A stretch of DNA of 64,000 bases. Origin: Acidobacteriota bacterium (lineage in GTDB: Bacteria > Acidobacteriota > Terriglobia > Acidiferrales > UBA7541). The notes under the pieces were generated by a model that was not told where the DNA came from, ran no database searches, and worked only from the letters and a program-made list of their open reading frames with translations. Position 1 is the first letter of the stretch. Every line of letters starts with the position of its first letter. Below are positions 47,275-56,667 of the stretch, piece after piece. The stretch spans positions 18,697-82,696 of the forward strand of contig JAJPIE010000029.1 of the NCBI GenBank assembly GCA_021324935.1, in the 5' to 3' direction. The translations under genes were made by a program, and so were the position numbers.

Positions 47275-47313
47275 TTGCAAAGGGTGATGGAGCGTGGTAA
47301 TGTGGTCTGACAA
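47275..47313 (+). promoter_or_regulatory. Promoter of the FadR-type regulator with an overlapping degenerate operator
   Basis: TTGCAA (47275-47280), 17 bp, TAATGT (47298-47303, preceded by TG). TGGTCTGACAA at 47303-47313 is one mismatch from TGGTC-N-GACCA. Confidence 0.55.
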
Positions 47314-47414
47314 CTCGACCATATCTCGGTCTGCCGCGTCTACCGCCTGAGTGTCCCCTTCCTTAGCGCCCAGATCAATGCGTCGATGAACTCGGTGTGG
47401 CCTCGGAGGTGCAG

Positions 47415-48110
47415 ATGTATAAGATCGTTCGCTCTTCTCGCCTTTATGAGCAGATCGTCCAGCAGGTCGAGGAATCCATCCACAAGGGAGCTTTAAAACC
47501 GGGGGACCAATTGCCACCGGAACGTGAACTTGCCGAGCAGTTTGGTGTGAGTCGTACGGCAGTGCGCGAAGCGGTGAAAACCTTGCGGGAAAAAGGTCTT
47601 GTGGAGGCGTATCCCGGACGCGGAACATTTATCACCGACGGAAGTTCCTACACCATGCGGCAGTCTTTTGACAGGTTGCTGCGTTCCGGAAATGAGGGAT
47701 TTGCATCGCTGGCCGAGGTGCGCGAGATACTGGAGCCGGAAATCGCCGCGCTGGCGACGACTCGCGCGGACGGCGAGGATCTGGCGGCGATGCGCGAGCA
47801 AGTGGCCGTGATGGATGCGGCGCGGCGTGATCCCGACGCGTACATCGAAGCGGATCTCGATTTTCATCTTGCGCTCGCCGAAGCGGCCGGAAATCCGATC
47901 ATACTTTCGTTGATTGATTCGATCGTGGGACTTCTGCGCGAACAGCGCATGGGGATTTTCCAGGTGGAAGGCGGCCCGGAGCGCGGCCAGTATCATCACA
48001 AGCGGATTCTGGAAGCGATCGAGCACCGGGATCCGGTGGGTGCGCGGGAAGCAATGAAAGCGCATTTGAAGCAAGTCCGCGAAGATTCGCGGAATGCGCC
48101 CAGCGAATAA
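47415..48110 (+). CDS. FadR/GntR-family transcriptional regulator (PdhR/LldR-like)
   Basis: LKPGDQLPPERELAEQFGVSRTAVREAVKTL, RGTF, FCD domain DLDFHLALAEAAGN. ATG 47415 with RBS GGAGG. Confidence 0.93.
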   Translation: MYKIVRSSRLYEQIVQQVEESIHKGALKPGDQLPPERELAEQFGVSRTAVREAVKTLREKGLVEAYPGRGTFITDGSSYTMRQSFDRLLRSGNEGFASLAEVREILEPEIAALATTRADGEDLAAMREQVAVMDAARRDPDAYIEADLDFHLALAEAAGNPIILSLIDSIVGLLREQRMGIFQVEGGPERGQYHHKRILEAIEHRDPVGAREAMKAHLKQVREDSRNAPSE

Positions 48111-48161
48111 CCGGCGGCACGTCAATAAAAACCAGTTGAAATCAATCGCAGAGGAGAGCTC

Positions 48162-49043
48162 GTGGCTAATTTAGGATTCGTCGGACTGGGTGTGATGGGC
48201 AGCGAAATGGTGAATCGTCTGCTCAGCAAGGGGCACGGCGTCACCGGCTGGAACCGGACGCGGTCCAAAGCCGAATGGCTGCTGAAGAAGGGAATGAAGT
48301 GGGCGGATTCACCGCGAGCCGTGGCCGAAGCCTCAGACGTGATCTTCTCCATGGTCACAAATTCGGCGGCGCTCGCGGCGGTGATGAACGGCCCGGATGG
48401 CATGTTGGTGGCTGCGGGGCCCAACAAGACCTTCGTGGACATCAGCACGGTGGCTCCGGCGGTGAGCCGCGATTTTGCCGCAAAGCTCCGGGAAAAAGGC
48501 AGCGACATGGTGGACGCGCCAGTTTCGGGCAGCGTGATCACACTGCAGGAGGGGAAGCTCTCCGTGATGGTGGGGGGCCGCAAGGAAACTTTCGAGAAGG
48601 TAAAGCCGCTGCTGCTCGACATCGGTCCGAAGGTGACGCACGTGGGAAACAACGGACTCGCCCTGGTGATGAAGATCGGCACCAACTTGAGCCTGGCGGT
48701 GCAAATGCTCGCCTTTTGCGAGGGCGTCCTGCTGGCCGAAAAGAGCGGCATCAAGCGGGAAGTCGCGGTGGACGTGCTGACACATAGCGTGATCGCTTCG
48801 CCGATGGTGCAATATCGCGGCCCATTCGTGCTGAAGCAACCCGATGAAGCCTGGTTCAACGTAAACATGATGCAAAAAGACATGCTGTTAGCGCTTGAAT
48901 TGGGACGGCAACTCGACGTGCCCATGCCGACGACGGCAGTGACCAACGAATTTCTGACCGCGGCGCGCGGAATGGGCTTGGTGGAAAAGGATTTCGCAGT
49001 CGTATTTGACGTACTGGCACAGATGTCCGGGGTAAAACCATGA
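48162..49043 (+). CDS. NAD(P)-dependent beta-hydroxyacid dehydrogenase, second paralog
   Basis: LGFVGLGVMG, DISTVAP, DAPVSG, MVGG, MK, KDMLLAL. Confidence 0.9.
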   Translation: MANLGFVGLGVMGSEMVNRLLSKGHGVTGWNRTRSKAEWLLKKGMKWADSPRAVAEASDVIFSMVTNSAALAAVMNGPDGMLVAAGPNKTFVDISTVAPAVSRDFAAKLREKGSDMVDAPVSGSVITLQEGKLSVMVGGRKETFEKVKPLLLDIGPKVTHVGNNGLALVMKIGTNLSLAVQMLAFCEGVLLAEKSGIKREVAVDVLTHSVIASPMVQYRGPFVLKQPDEAWFNVNMMQKDMLLALELGRQLDVPMPTTAVTNEFLTAARGMGLVEKDFAVVFDVLAQMSGVKP

Positions 49044-50038
49044 AAACGGCCGAAGAAGCCATAAAGACGGAAGCGGCAGTTTCCCCAGAATTGGGAATCC
49101 GGCTGTACCGGCAGATGGTACGGATTCGCCTCTTCGAAGAACAGGTGAACGAGCTTTATATGCGCGCGCTGATGCCAGGCCTTGCGCACCTGTATATCGG
49201 CGAGGAAGCCATCGCGGTGGGTCTCTGCGAGGCACTGAAAAAGACGGACTACATCACCAGCACGCACCGCGGCCACGGGCATTGCCTGGCCAAGGGAGCC
49301 GAGCCCGACCGCATGTTCGCGGAGCTTTTGGGGAAGGAAGCCGGCTATTGTCGGGGCAAAGGCGGCTCGATGCACATCGCGGACCCGGCAACGGGAAATC
49401 TCGGAGCTAACGCCATTGTTTGCGGCAGTGCGGGAATTGCAACAGGCGCCGCGCTTACGGCGAAGCGATTGAAGCAGGATAATGTGTCGGTTTGCTTTTT
49501 TGGCGAGGGCGCGCTCGGCCAGGGAGTCCTCTACGAAGTGATGAATCTGGCGACACTTTTCAAGCTGCCGGTGATCTACGTCTGTGAAAACAATTTCTAC
49601 ACCGAATACACGCACTACACGGAGACGACGGCGGGCGACATCCTGACCCGCGGCACGGCGTTCGGCGTGCATTCCGAGAGCGTGGACGGGCAGGACGTGC
49701 GCGCGGTTTACGCCGCCGCGAACCGGCTCGTCAGCCGCGCGCGGCGTGGCGAAGGCCCCGCCTTCCTCGTAGCCAACACGTATCGCTACACGGGCCACCA
49801 CGTTGGCGATATCAACCGAGAATACTACCGCTCCAAGCAGGAAGAGCAGGAGTGGAAGACAAAGCGGGATCCCATCAAGAACATGGGCGAATGGCTGGTG
49901 AGCCAGAAGATCACCGATGCCGCCGCGCTAAAAAAAATCGAGGACGAAGTCCGGCAGGAGATGAAGGCAGCGGTCGAGTTTGCGATCGCCGCGCCGTATC
50001 CCTCCGTGGAGGAGGTCGATCAGGACGTTTATGCCTGA
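49040..50038 (+). CDS. ThDP-dependent 2-oxoacid/acetoin dehydrogenase E1 alpha
   Basis: HLYIGEEA, STHRGHGH, GKGGSMH, GEGA...CENN, TYRYTGH. Confidence 0.9.
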   Translation: MKTAEEAIKTEAAVSPELGIRLYRQMVRIRLFEEQVNELYMRALMPGLAHLYIGEEAIAVGLCEALKKTDYITSTHRGHGHCLAKGAEPDRMFAELLGKEAGYCRGKGGSMHIADPATGNLGANAIVCGSAGIATGAALTAKRLKQDNVSVCFFGEGALGQGVLYEVMNLATLFKLPVIYVCENNFYTEYTHYTETTAGDILTRGTAFGVHSESVDGQDVRAVYAAANRLVSRARRGEGPAFLVANTYRYTGHHVGDINREYYRSKQEEQEWKTKRDPIKNMGEWLVSQKITDAAALKKIEDEVRQEMKAAVEFAIAAPYPSVEEVDQDVYA

Positions 50039-51026
50039 AACAGCCCAGCGGGAACTAACATTTGCCCAAGCCATCCGGGAAGCGCTTGCGGAAGAGATGT
50101 GGCGCGATCCGCGCGTGTGCATCTTCGGAGAAGACGTTGCGGAAGCTGGCACGCCATTCAAAGTTCTGTCCGGATTGGTGGAGGAGTTTGGAGCCGAACG
50201 CGTGTTGGACACGCCGATTTCCGAACAGGGTTTCACCGGAATGGGCGTGGGCGCGGCAATGACCGGCCTGCGGCCAGTGGTGGATATCATGTTCGGCGAT
50301 TTTCTGACGCTGACGATGGACCAACTGGTGAACCAGGCGGCGAAGGTCCACTACATGTCCGGGGGAACATGGAAAGTGCCGATGGTGTTGCGCACCACGC
50401 TGGGAGCGACACGCCGTTCCGCGGCGCAACATTCGCAGTCCCTGCATGCCTGGCTTTGCCATGTGCCGGGTTTGAAGGTCGCCATGCCTTCCACGCCGTA
50501 TGATGCGAAGGGCCTGCTGAAAACAGCGATCCGCGACGACAATCCGGTGATCTTTTTCGAAGACAAAATGATGTACAAGCAAAAAGGCCGCGTGCCAGCC
50601 GAAGATTACACGATTCCCTTTGGCGTGGCGGACGTTAAACGCGAAGGTGAAGACATTACGCTGGTGGCCACCAGCAGCATGGTGGATGTCGCCCTGGGCG
50701 CCGCGAAACTCCTGGAGGGCATTGGCGTAAGCGCGGAAGTGATTGATCCACGGACGATGTGGCCGCTGGACGAGAAGACCTTGGTGGAATCCGCAAAGAA
50801 GACCTCGCGCGCGATCGTGATTGACGAGGGCTACGGCCGCTATGGCGTGACCGGTGAAGTTGCCTCCGTAATCGCCGAAGGCGCATTCTTCAATCTCGAG
50901 GCACCGGTCAAGCGCATGGGTGCGATGCACGTGCCAATTCCATTTTCGCCGCCGCTGGAAGACGTCACCGTGCCAACCGAGCAGACGGTCTTCGAAGCGG
51001 CGCGCAAACTGTGCGGCAAAGCCTGA
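50031..51026 (+). CDS. 2-oxoacid/acetoin dehydrogenase E1 beta
   Basis: GEDVA, DTPISEQG, DIMFGDF, AAQHSQ, EVIDPRT. ATG 50031. Confidence 0.92.
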   Translation: MPETAQRELTFAQAIREALAEEMWRDPRVCIFGEDVAEAGTPFKVLSGLVEEFGAERVLDTPISEQGFTGMGVGAAMTGLRPVVDIMFGDFLTLTMDQLVNQAAKVHYMSGGTWKVPMVLRTTLGATRRSAAQHSQSLHAWLCHVPGLKVAMPSTPYDAKGLLKTAIRDDNPVIFFEDKMMYKQKGRVPAEDYTIPFGVADVKREGEDITLVATSSMVDVALGAAKLLEGIGVSAEVIDPRTMWPLDEKTLVESAKKTSRAIVIDEGYGRYGVTGEVASVIAEGAFFNLEAPVKRMGAMHVPIPFSPPLEDVTVPTEQTVFEAARKLCGKA

Positions 51027-51051
51027 ACAGTATTTCCTGAGGAGGCGTATC

Positions 51052-52395
51052 GTGGCAATCAAAACATACGGCCCGATGGCCGTGGATTGGGAAAATCGCA
51101 TCGATTTTGACCGCCTGCGCCGCGAGCGGCTGGCGAAGGCGAAGGCACTGCTCGCAAAGTCTGAAATGGGCGCGTTGCTCTGCTTCGACATGAACAACGT
51201 GCGGTATCTCACCGCAACCCACATCGGCACATGGGCGCAGGACAAGATCAGCCGTTTTTGCCTGCTGCCGCAAAATGACGAACCGATTCTGTGGGACTTC
51301 GGTTCAGCCGCCCGCCACCACCAGCAAAATTGCCCGTGGCTTGGCGAGCGCTCCCGCGCCGGCATCCCCCTGCTCCGGGGCGCGATGTCTCCGGAAATGG
51401 GGCGCGCGGAGAATGTGGCGCGCAAAATCAAGGTGGAACTTGAGAAGAGGGGCTTGCTCAACGAGCCTCTGGGCATCGACGTGGTCGAGCCGCCAATTCT
51501 GTTCGCGCTGCAACGCGAAGGCATTAAGATCGTCGACGGGCAGCAATTGATGTCCGACGCACGGGTGATCAAAACGCAGGACGAAATTTCCCTGCTGACA
51601 CACTCGGCAATGATGGTGGACGCGGCGTACGACGAACTCTATCGCGCCATGAAGCCGGGTTTCACGGAAAACCAGGCAGTGGGCCTGGCCAGCAAGGTCT
51701 TGTACGACCTTGGCTCGGAATACGTGGAGGCGGTGAACGCGATTTCCGGCGAACGCTGCAACCCGCACCCGCACGTCTTCAGCGACCGCGTACTGCGCCC
51801 GGGCGATCCGGTTTACTACGACATCCTGCATTCCTACATGGGCTACCGCACGTGCTATTACCGGTGCTTCACGATCGGTTATGCATCGCACGCGATGGTC
51901 GACGCTTACAAGCGCTGCCGCGATTATCTGGATGCCGCGATCGAGCTGGTGCGGCCTGGCCGCACCACGGCGGAAATCGCTTCCGTATGGCCGAAGGCGC
52001 AAGAGTTCGGCTTTCCGGACGAAGAGGCGGCCTTCGCGCTGCAATTCGGGCACGGCATCGGCCTGGCGATCTGGGAAAAGCCGGTGATCAGCCGCATGGT
52101 CTCGCTGGAGCACTCGCACGAGATCAAGCCGGGAATGGTGTTTGCGCTGGAGACGTTCTGGCCTTCAAAGGACGGCTGGAGCGCGGCGCGCATCGAGGAA
52201 GAGATCGTGGTGACCGAAACGGGTCACGAAGTAATCACGCGCTTCCCCGCTGACCAGCTCATGGTCGCAGGCGCGCATTACTTCACCGTGGACGGTCCGT
52301 TGCCCACGACGCGCGAGAACGAAGCGCCACCAAGCGTCGCGGTTCAAGAGCTGGTGGCCGGGGCAAAGCGTGAAGGCGTGGCGGCTACCGATTGA
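51052..52395 (+). CDS. M24 (creatinase/prolidase-fold) amidohydrolase of unknown specificity
   Basis: N-terminal creatinase domain, KTQDEI, FGHGIGL, ALET, RIEE. GTG 51052 with RBS GGAGG. Confidence 0.85.
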   Translation: MAIKTYGPMAVDWENRIDFDRLRRERLAKAKALLAKSEMGALLCFDMNNVRYLTATHIGTWAQDKISRFCLLPQNDEPILWDFGSAARHHQQNCPWLGERSRAGIPLLRGAMSPEMGRAENVARKIKVELEKRGLLNEPLGIDVVEPPILFALQREGIKIVDGQQLMSDARVIKTQDEISLLTHSAMMVDAAYDELYRAMKPGFTENQAVGLASKVLYDLGSEYVEAVNAISGERCNPHPHVFSDRVLRPGDPVYYDILHSYMGYRTCYYRCFTIGYASHAMVDAYKRCRDYLDAAIELVRPGRTTAEIASVWPKAQEFGFPDEEAAFALQFGHGIGLAIWEKPVISRMVSLEHSHEIKPGMVFALETFWPSKDGWSAARIEEEIVVTETGHEVITRFPADQLMVAGAHYFTVDGPLPTTRENEAPPSVAVQELVAGAKREGVAATD

Positions 52396-52426
52396 TTTAC
52401 TGAAATTTGCATCCTAGGAAAGAACA

Positions 52427-53614
52427 ATGGCTATCAGTGTGGTGATGCCTGCGCTCGAAATGGCGCAGGAAAACGGTAAATTACTCGCCTGGCGCAAAAA
52501 GGAAGGCGAGAGCGTCACAAAAGGCGAACCGCTGCTGGAAGTGGAAACAGACAAGGCGGTCGTCGAAGTGGAAGCGCCGGGTGACGGAATCCTTGCGGGA
52601 ATCACCGCCCAAGTCGGCGCGGTGATTCCAGTTGGGGAGACAATCGCGTGGCTAGTGGCACCCGGTGAGCAACCCCCGGCAAAGGCGGCCACTGCGGCGC
52701 CCGGGGCGCGCGCCACGAGCGCGGCTGCATCGGCAGCGGCGGCTCCAACAGCGGCAAAAACTTCGGCCGAGCCGGTAGCTATTCAGATTTCTCCGAAGGC
52801 ACGGCGTTTGGCGAAAGAACTTGGCGTGGATATTGGCCAGATTCGGGGCACCGGCCCGGACGGCACGATCACTTCCGACGATGTGCAAGCCGCGGCGAGC
52901 GCCAAGGCTTCTGGTGGCGCGACAGCGGCTCCAGCGGCGGCAGAGCCCCTCAGCCAATTGGCGCGCCTGATGGCCGAGCGCACCACGCAAAGCTGGACCA
53001 CGGTGCCCCACTTTTTCCTGCAACAATCCGTCGACGCAAGCGCATTGCAGACATATCAAAAGAAACTCAGTGTGGGCAGCGCGCCGGGAACCTCGCCAAC
53101 GATCACGGATGTGCTGATCGCTTTGATTGCCAGGTCGCTCGAGAAGCACCCCAAGTTGAACGCAAGTTGGACCGGAGACGGAATCCGGCTGAATGCAGAC
53201 ATCAACATCAGTGTCGCGATGGCCGTGAAAGACGGCGTCGTCAGCGCTGTGATTCCCAATGCGAACCGAACGCCGCTGGCAACTCTCTCCACGCTGCGGC
53301 GCGAGCTGACCCAGCGTGCCCGCAGCGGCCGGCTGCGGCCCGCAGACATCACCGGCGGCACCTTCACGCTGAGCAACCTGGGCATGTACAAGATTGACGC
53401 GTTCACCGCGATCATCACGCCGCCGCAATGCGCGATTCTCGCCGTTGGCGCGATCGCAGACGCCGTGGTTCCCGTCGATGGCAACATTGGCGTCCGGCCG
53501 ATGCTGACCATGACGCTTTCGAGCGATCACCGGGTGGTGGACGGAGCGCGCGCCGCCGAATTTCTGGGCGAACTGGCCGTGGCCATTCGCGAACCGGAGA
53601 AGTGGCTGAAATAA
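52427..53614 (+). CDS. Dihydrolipoamide acyltransferase E2
   Basis: Lipoyl domain EVETDKA, E3-binding [12 protein letters not shown]...GTGPDG, catalytic SDHRVVDG. Confidence 0.93.
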   Translation: MAISVVMPALEMAQENGKLLAWRKKEGESVTKGEPLLEVETDKAVVEVEAPGDGILAGITAQVGAVIPVGETIAWLVAPGEQPPAKAATAAPGARATSAAASAAAAPTAAKTSAEPVAIQISPKARRLAKELGVDIGQIRGTGPDGTITSDDVQAAASAKASGGATAAPAAAEPLSQLARLMAERTTQSWTTVPHFFLQQSVDASALQTYQKKLSVGSAPGTSPTITDVLIALIARSLEKHPKLNASWTGDGIRLNADINISVAMAVKDGVVSAVIPNANRTPLATLSTLRRELTQRARSGRLRPADITGGTFTLSNLGMYKIDAFTAIITPPQCAILAVGAIADAVVPVDGNIGVRPMLTMTLSSDHRVVDGARAAEFLGELAVAIREPEKWLK

Positions 53615-53681
53615 AGCTTTCGCAAGCTATTCCTGGAGAGGGGATCAGAGCGCCGGCCACTTTGTGCGTCCGGCCCGAACC

Positions 53682-54953
53682 ATGACCAAGCCCAGCGGAA
53701 ACAGCAGGTCTCTGTATGCAAACCCCACAGCCCAGGTTTTGTTTGCCGTCGCCGCGGCGATTGTCCTCGGCTATTTGCATCCCCCCGCAGCCATCGCGAT
53801 GAAGCCGCTAGGCGACGGATTCATCCGCCTGATCACGATGATCATCACGCTGATCATTTTCTGCACCGTGGTGACCGGCATTGCGGGCATGGAAGATATG
53901 AAAAAGGTTGGGCGAGTTGGCGGAAAAGCGCTGATCTATTTCGAAGTGGTCTCCACAGTTGCGCTGCTCATCGGATTTATCATTGGCAATGTCACCAAGC
54001 CCGGCGGAGGCATGAACATCAATCCCGCCACGCTCGACGCCAAGGCCGTAGCGGAATACGCCGGCGCGGCGAAATCGCAAAATGTTCCGGATTTCATCAT
54101 GCACATCATCCCCACCTCGGTGGTGGATGCCTTCGCAAAGGGCGACATTTTGCAAGTGATGCTGATTTCGGTCCTCTTCGGCTTTGCGTTGTCCGCGGTT
54201 GGGCCGCGCTGCAAACCGCTGGTGGATCTGTTCGACGCGCTTACACATGCGGTTTTTGGAGTCGTGCGCATAGTGATGAAGCTTGCGCCGCTCGGAGCGT
54301 TTGGCGCGATGGCCTTCACCGTGGGAAAGTTCGGGCTGGCGTCGCTGGGACCTTTGCTAAAACTGATCGCCATTTTCTATCTGACTTCCCTGCTCTTTGT
54401 TCTGCTCGTTTTAGGAATCATCTGCCGTCTGTGCGGATTCGGGATTTTGCGATTTTTGCGGTACATCAAGGATGAAATTGTGCTGGTGTTGGCGGTAAGT
54501 TCTTCGGAGCCGGCCATGCCGACGCTGATGGAGAAGCTTGAAAAATTGGGCTGTTCCAAGGCGCTGGTCGGGTTAATCGTGCCCACGGGCTACACATTCA
54601 ACACGGACGGCACCGGAATTTACATGACCCTCGCGGCACTGTTTGTGGCGCAGGCGACCGGAACGCAATTGACACTGATGCAACAACTGACCATTCTCGC
54701 GGTTGCCGTGCTGACCTCGAAGGGAGCGAGCGGCGTGCAGGGGGCTTCCTTCATCGCGTTGGTGGGAACGCTGATGGTGATTCCGTCCATCCCAGTCGCC
54801 GGAATGGCGATCATTCTTGGAATCGACCGCTTTATGAGCATGTGCCGTGCCACGGTAAACATGATCGGGAACGGCGTGGCCACCGTGGTGGTGTCGCGAT
54901 GGGAACGCGAATTGGACGGAGCGACGTTACAAAAAAATCTGGCCGCGCAGTGA
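53682..54953 (+). CDS. dctA: Dicarboxylate symporter DctA, copy 2
   Basis: [36 protein letters not shown]. Confidence 0.9.
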   Translation: MTKPSGNSRSLYANPTAQVLFAVAAAIVLGYLHPPAAIAMKPLGDGFIRLITMIITLIIFCTVVTGIAGMEDMKKVGRVGGKALIYFEVVSTVALLIGFIIGNVTKPGGGMNINPATLDAKAVAEYAGAAKSQNVPDFIMHIIPTSVVDAFAKGDILQVMLISVLFGFALSAVGPRCKPLVDLFDALTHAVFGVVRIVMKLAPLGAFGAMAFTVGKFGLASLGPLLKLIAIFYLTSLLFVLLVLGIICRLCGFGILRFLRYIKDEIVLVLAVSSSEPAMPTLMEKLEKLGCSKALVGLIVPTGYTFNTDGTGIYMTLAALFVAQATGTQLTLMQQLTILAVAVLTSKGASGVQGASFIALVGTLMVIPSIPVAGMAIILGIDRFMSMCRATVNMIGNGVATVVVSRWERELDGATLQKNLAAQ

Positions 54954-54980
54954 AACTACCGCAGTTGATGGGGGGAACGC

Positions 54981-56555
54981 ATGCCAGAACAATTTGATTT
55001 TGTGGTGGCGGGCGCGGGGCACAACAGCCTGATTACGGCGGCATACCTGGCGAAGGCGGGGTACCGCTGCCTGGTGTTGGAAGGACGCCCGATCGTGGGC
55101 GGCGGCGTGAAATCCGCTCACCTGACGTTGAAAGGATTCGTCCATGATGTGTGCTCCTCGGCGCACAACGGAATCCACGGCAACCCCCTGCTGCGGAACA
55201 ATGAATTGAATCTCGGCGAATACGGTCTGGAGTACATCTATCCCGATCCAGTGTTTCACATGCCGTTTCCCGACGGCTCTTACCTCACGCAATGGCGCGA
55301 CCTGGACCGTACGTGCGCGGAATTCGCCAAATTTTCAAAAAAAGACGGCGAGGCGTATCGCCGCATGATCGCGGAATATGAATCCGTTAGCCCGCTTCTG
55401 GGGCAGATAAGCTTCTCGCCCGTCGGTTTCGGCAAACCGTTGAATGAACTTCTCGCCGCACATCCACAGGGAAAGATCTGGCAGCGGCGCCTGGCGATGT
55501 CCGCGTGGGAAATCATTTCCGAGACCTTCGAGGACGCTCACTGCCGCGCGTTCATGCTGGGTTGCCCGTATTCGCTGCAACCCGTGCTGGACCCGGCCAC
55601 CGCTCGCGCCGCCTACATTCCACTGCACCAGCAACGCGAGAGCCGCCCCTTGCCAAAGGGCGGATCGGGGGAGTTGACTGCGGCTTTGGCCCGCGTGATC
55701 GAGGCCCACCAGGGGACGATTCTGGTCAACAAATGGGTGAACGCACTGATCATCGAGAATGGACGCTGCGTGGGAGTGGAATGCTCGGATGGCAGCAAGT
55801 ACCGCGCGGATAAAGCGGTGGTTTCCACCATCCACATCAAGCAACTTGTCGACATGGCGCCGGCTGAGCTTTGGGGCGAGGACTTTCTGGATGGCGTGAA
55901 AACCTGGGAGGCCGGGCTGACGCTGTTCGCCGCGAACTACGCCACTACGGAACCTCCCAAATACAAAGTGGACGGCGGCGAACTTTCGCCGGTCCATTCC
56001 GGACTGATGGTCAGCCCGGAACGCGCGATGCAGATGACGGTAGACTACCGCAGCGGCAATGCAAATACCGAAGATCCTTCCCTTCACGTAATCTGCTGCA
56101 GCGTTGCCGACCCGACCCGCGCACCAGCCGGGATGCACACCATCAAAATCGTGGCGTACCATCCCTATCAACTAAAGGAAGGCCCTGCGCATTGGGACGT
56201 AATCAAGGAACAAGTGGCCCAGGCCAATCTGAAATTCCTGCGGCGCTTCTCTCCCAACCTGACCGACGACAAAATTCTGGCGCATACGGTGGAGACCCCA
56301 CTCGATCTGGAGCGAATGAATCCGCACAATTGGCACGGGAGTTGCCACGCCGGCGGATCTGGTCCTTCGCAGGTGGGAGCGATGCGCCCGATGCCGGGCT
56401 ACGCGCAGCACCGTATGCCGATTCCAGGACTCTATCAAACGGGGGCGACGACGCATCCAGGCGGCTCGGTGACCGGTGGGCCGGGGCGCAATGCCGCCGT
56501 TGTGATACTCAAGGATCTCGGCACCAGCATCGAAGCGGTGGTTCACAAAGCTTGA
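54981..56555 (+). CDS. FAD-dependent oxidoreductase, phytoene desaturase-like (COG1233), paralog 1
   Basis: VVAGAGHNSL...LE.RP.VGG, PKGGSG.L, PIPGLYQTGATTHPGGSVTG.PGRNAA. Confidence 0.88.
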   Translation: MPEQFDFVVAGAGHNSLITAAYLAKAGYRCLVLEGRPIVGGGVKSAHLTLKGFVHDVCSSAHNGIHGNPLLRNNELNLGEYGLEYIYPDPVFHMPFPDGSYLTQWRDLDRTCAEFAKFSKKDGEAYRRMIAEYESVSPLLGQISFSPVGFGKPLNELLAAHPQGKIWQRRLAMSAWEIISETFEDAHCRAFMLGCPYSLQPVLDPATARAAYIPLHQQRESRPLPKGGSGELTAALARVIEAHQGTILVNKWVNALIIENGRCVGVECSDGSKYRADKAVVSTIHIKQLVDMAPAELWGEDFLDGVKTWEAGLTLFAANYATTEPPKYKVDGGELSPVHSGLMVSPERAMQMTVDYRSGNANTEDPSLHVICCSVADPTRAPAGMHTIKIVAYHPYQLKEGPAHWDVIKEQVAQANLKFLRRFSPNLTDDKILAHTVETPLDLERMNPHNWHGSCHAGGSGPSQVGAMRPMPGYAQHRMPIPGLYQTGATTHPGGSVTGGPGRNAAVVILKDLGTSIEAVVHKA

Positions 56556-56637
56556 AAAGCCCGAAACTTGCAGGCGGTTTTGAGCGCCTCTTGCCGGCCC
56601 CCCACAATCGTTTTTCGGATGCGCGGAAACGGAGAAG

Positions 56638-56656
56638 GCGGCAGCCGGGCTGCCGC
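56638..56656. terminator. Hairpin between convergent genes
   Basis: GCGGCAGC-CGG-GCTGCCGC. Confidence 0.45.
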
Positions 56657-56667
56657 ACTGCAAACAA

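Noticed and set aside
51052-52395. Calling the M24 gene pepP/pepQ or creatinase
   Set aside because: The metal ligand set is altered and the operon context is atypical. Specificity cannot be read from sequence.
49040-53614. pdhA/pdhB/pdhC or acoABC gene symbols
   Set aside because: The motifs do not distinguish PDH, acetoin and branched-chain types, so symbols are withheld.
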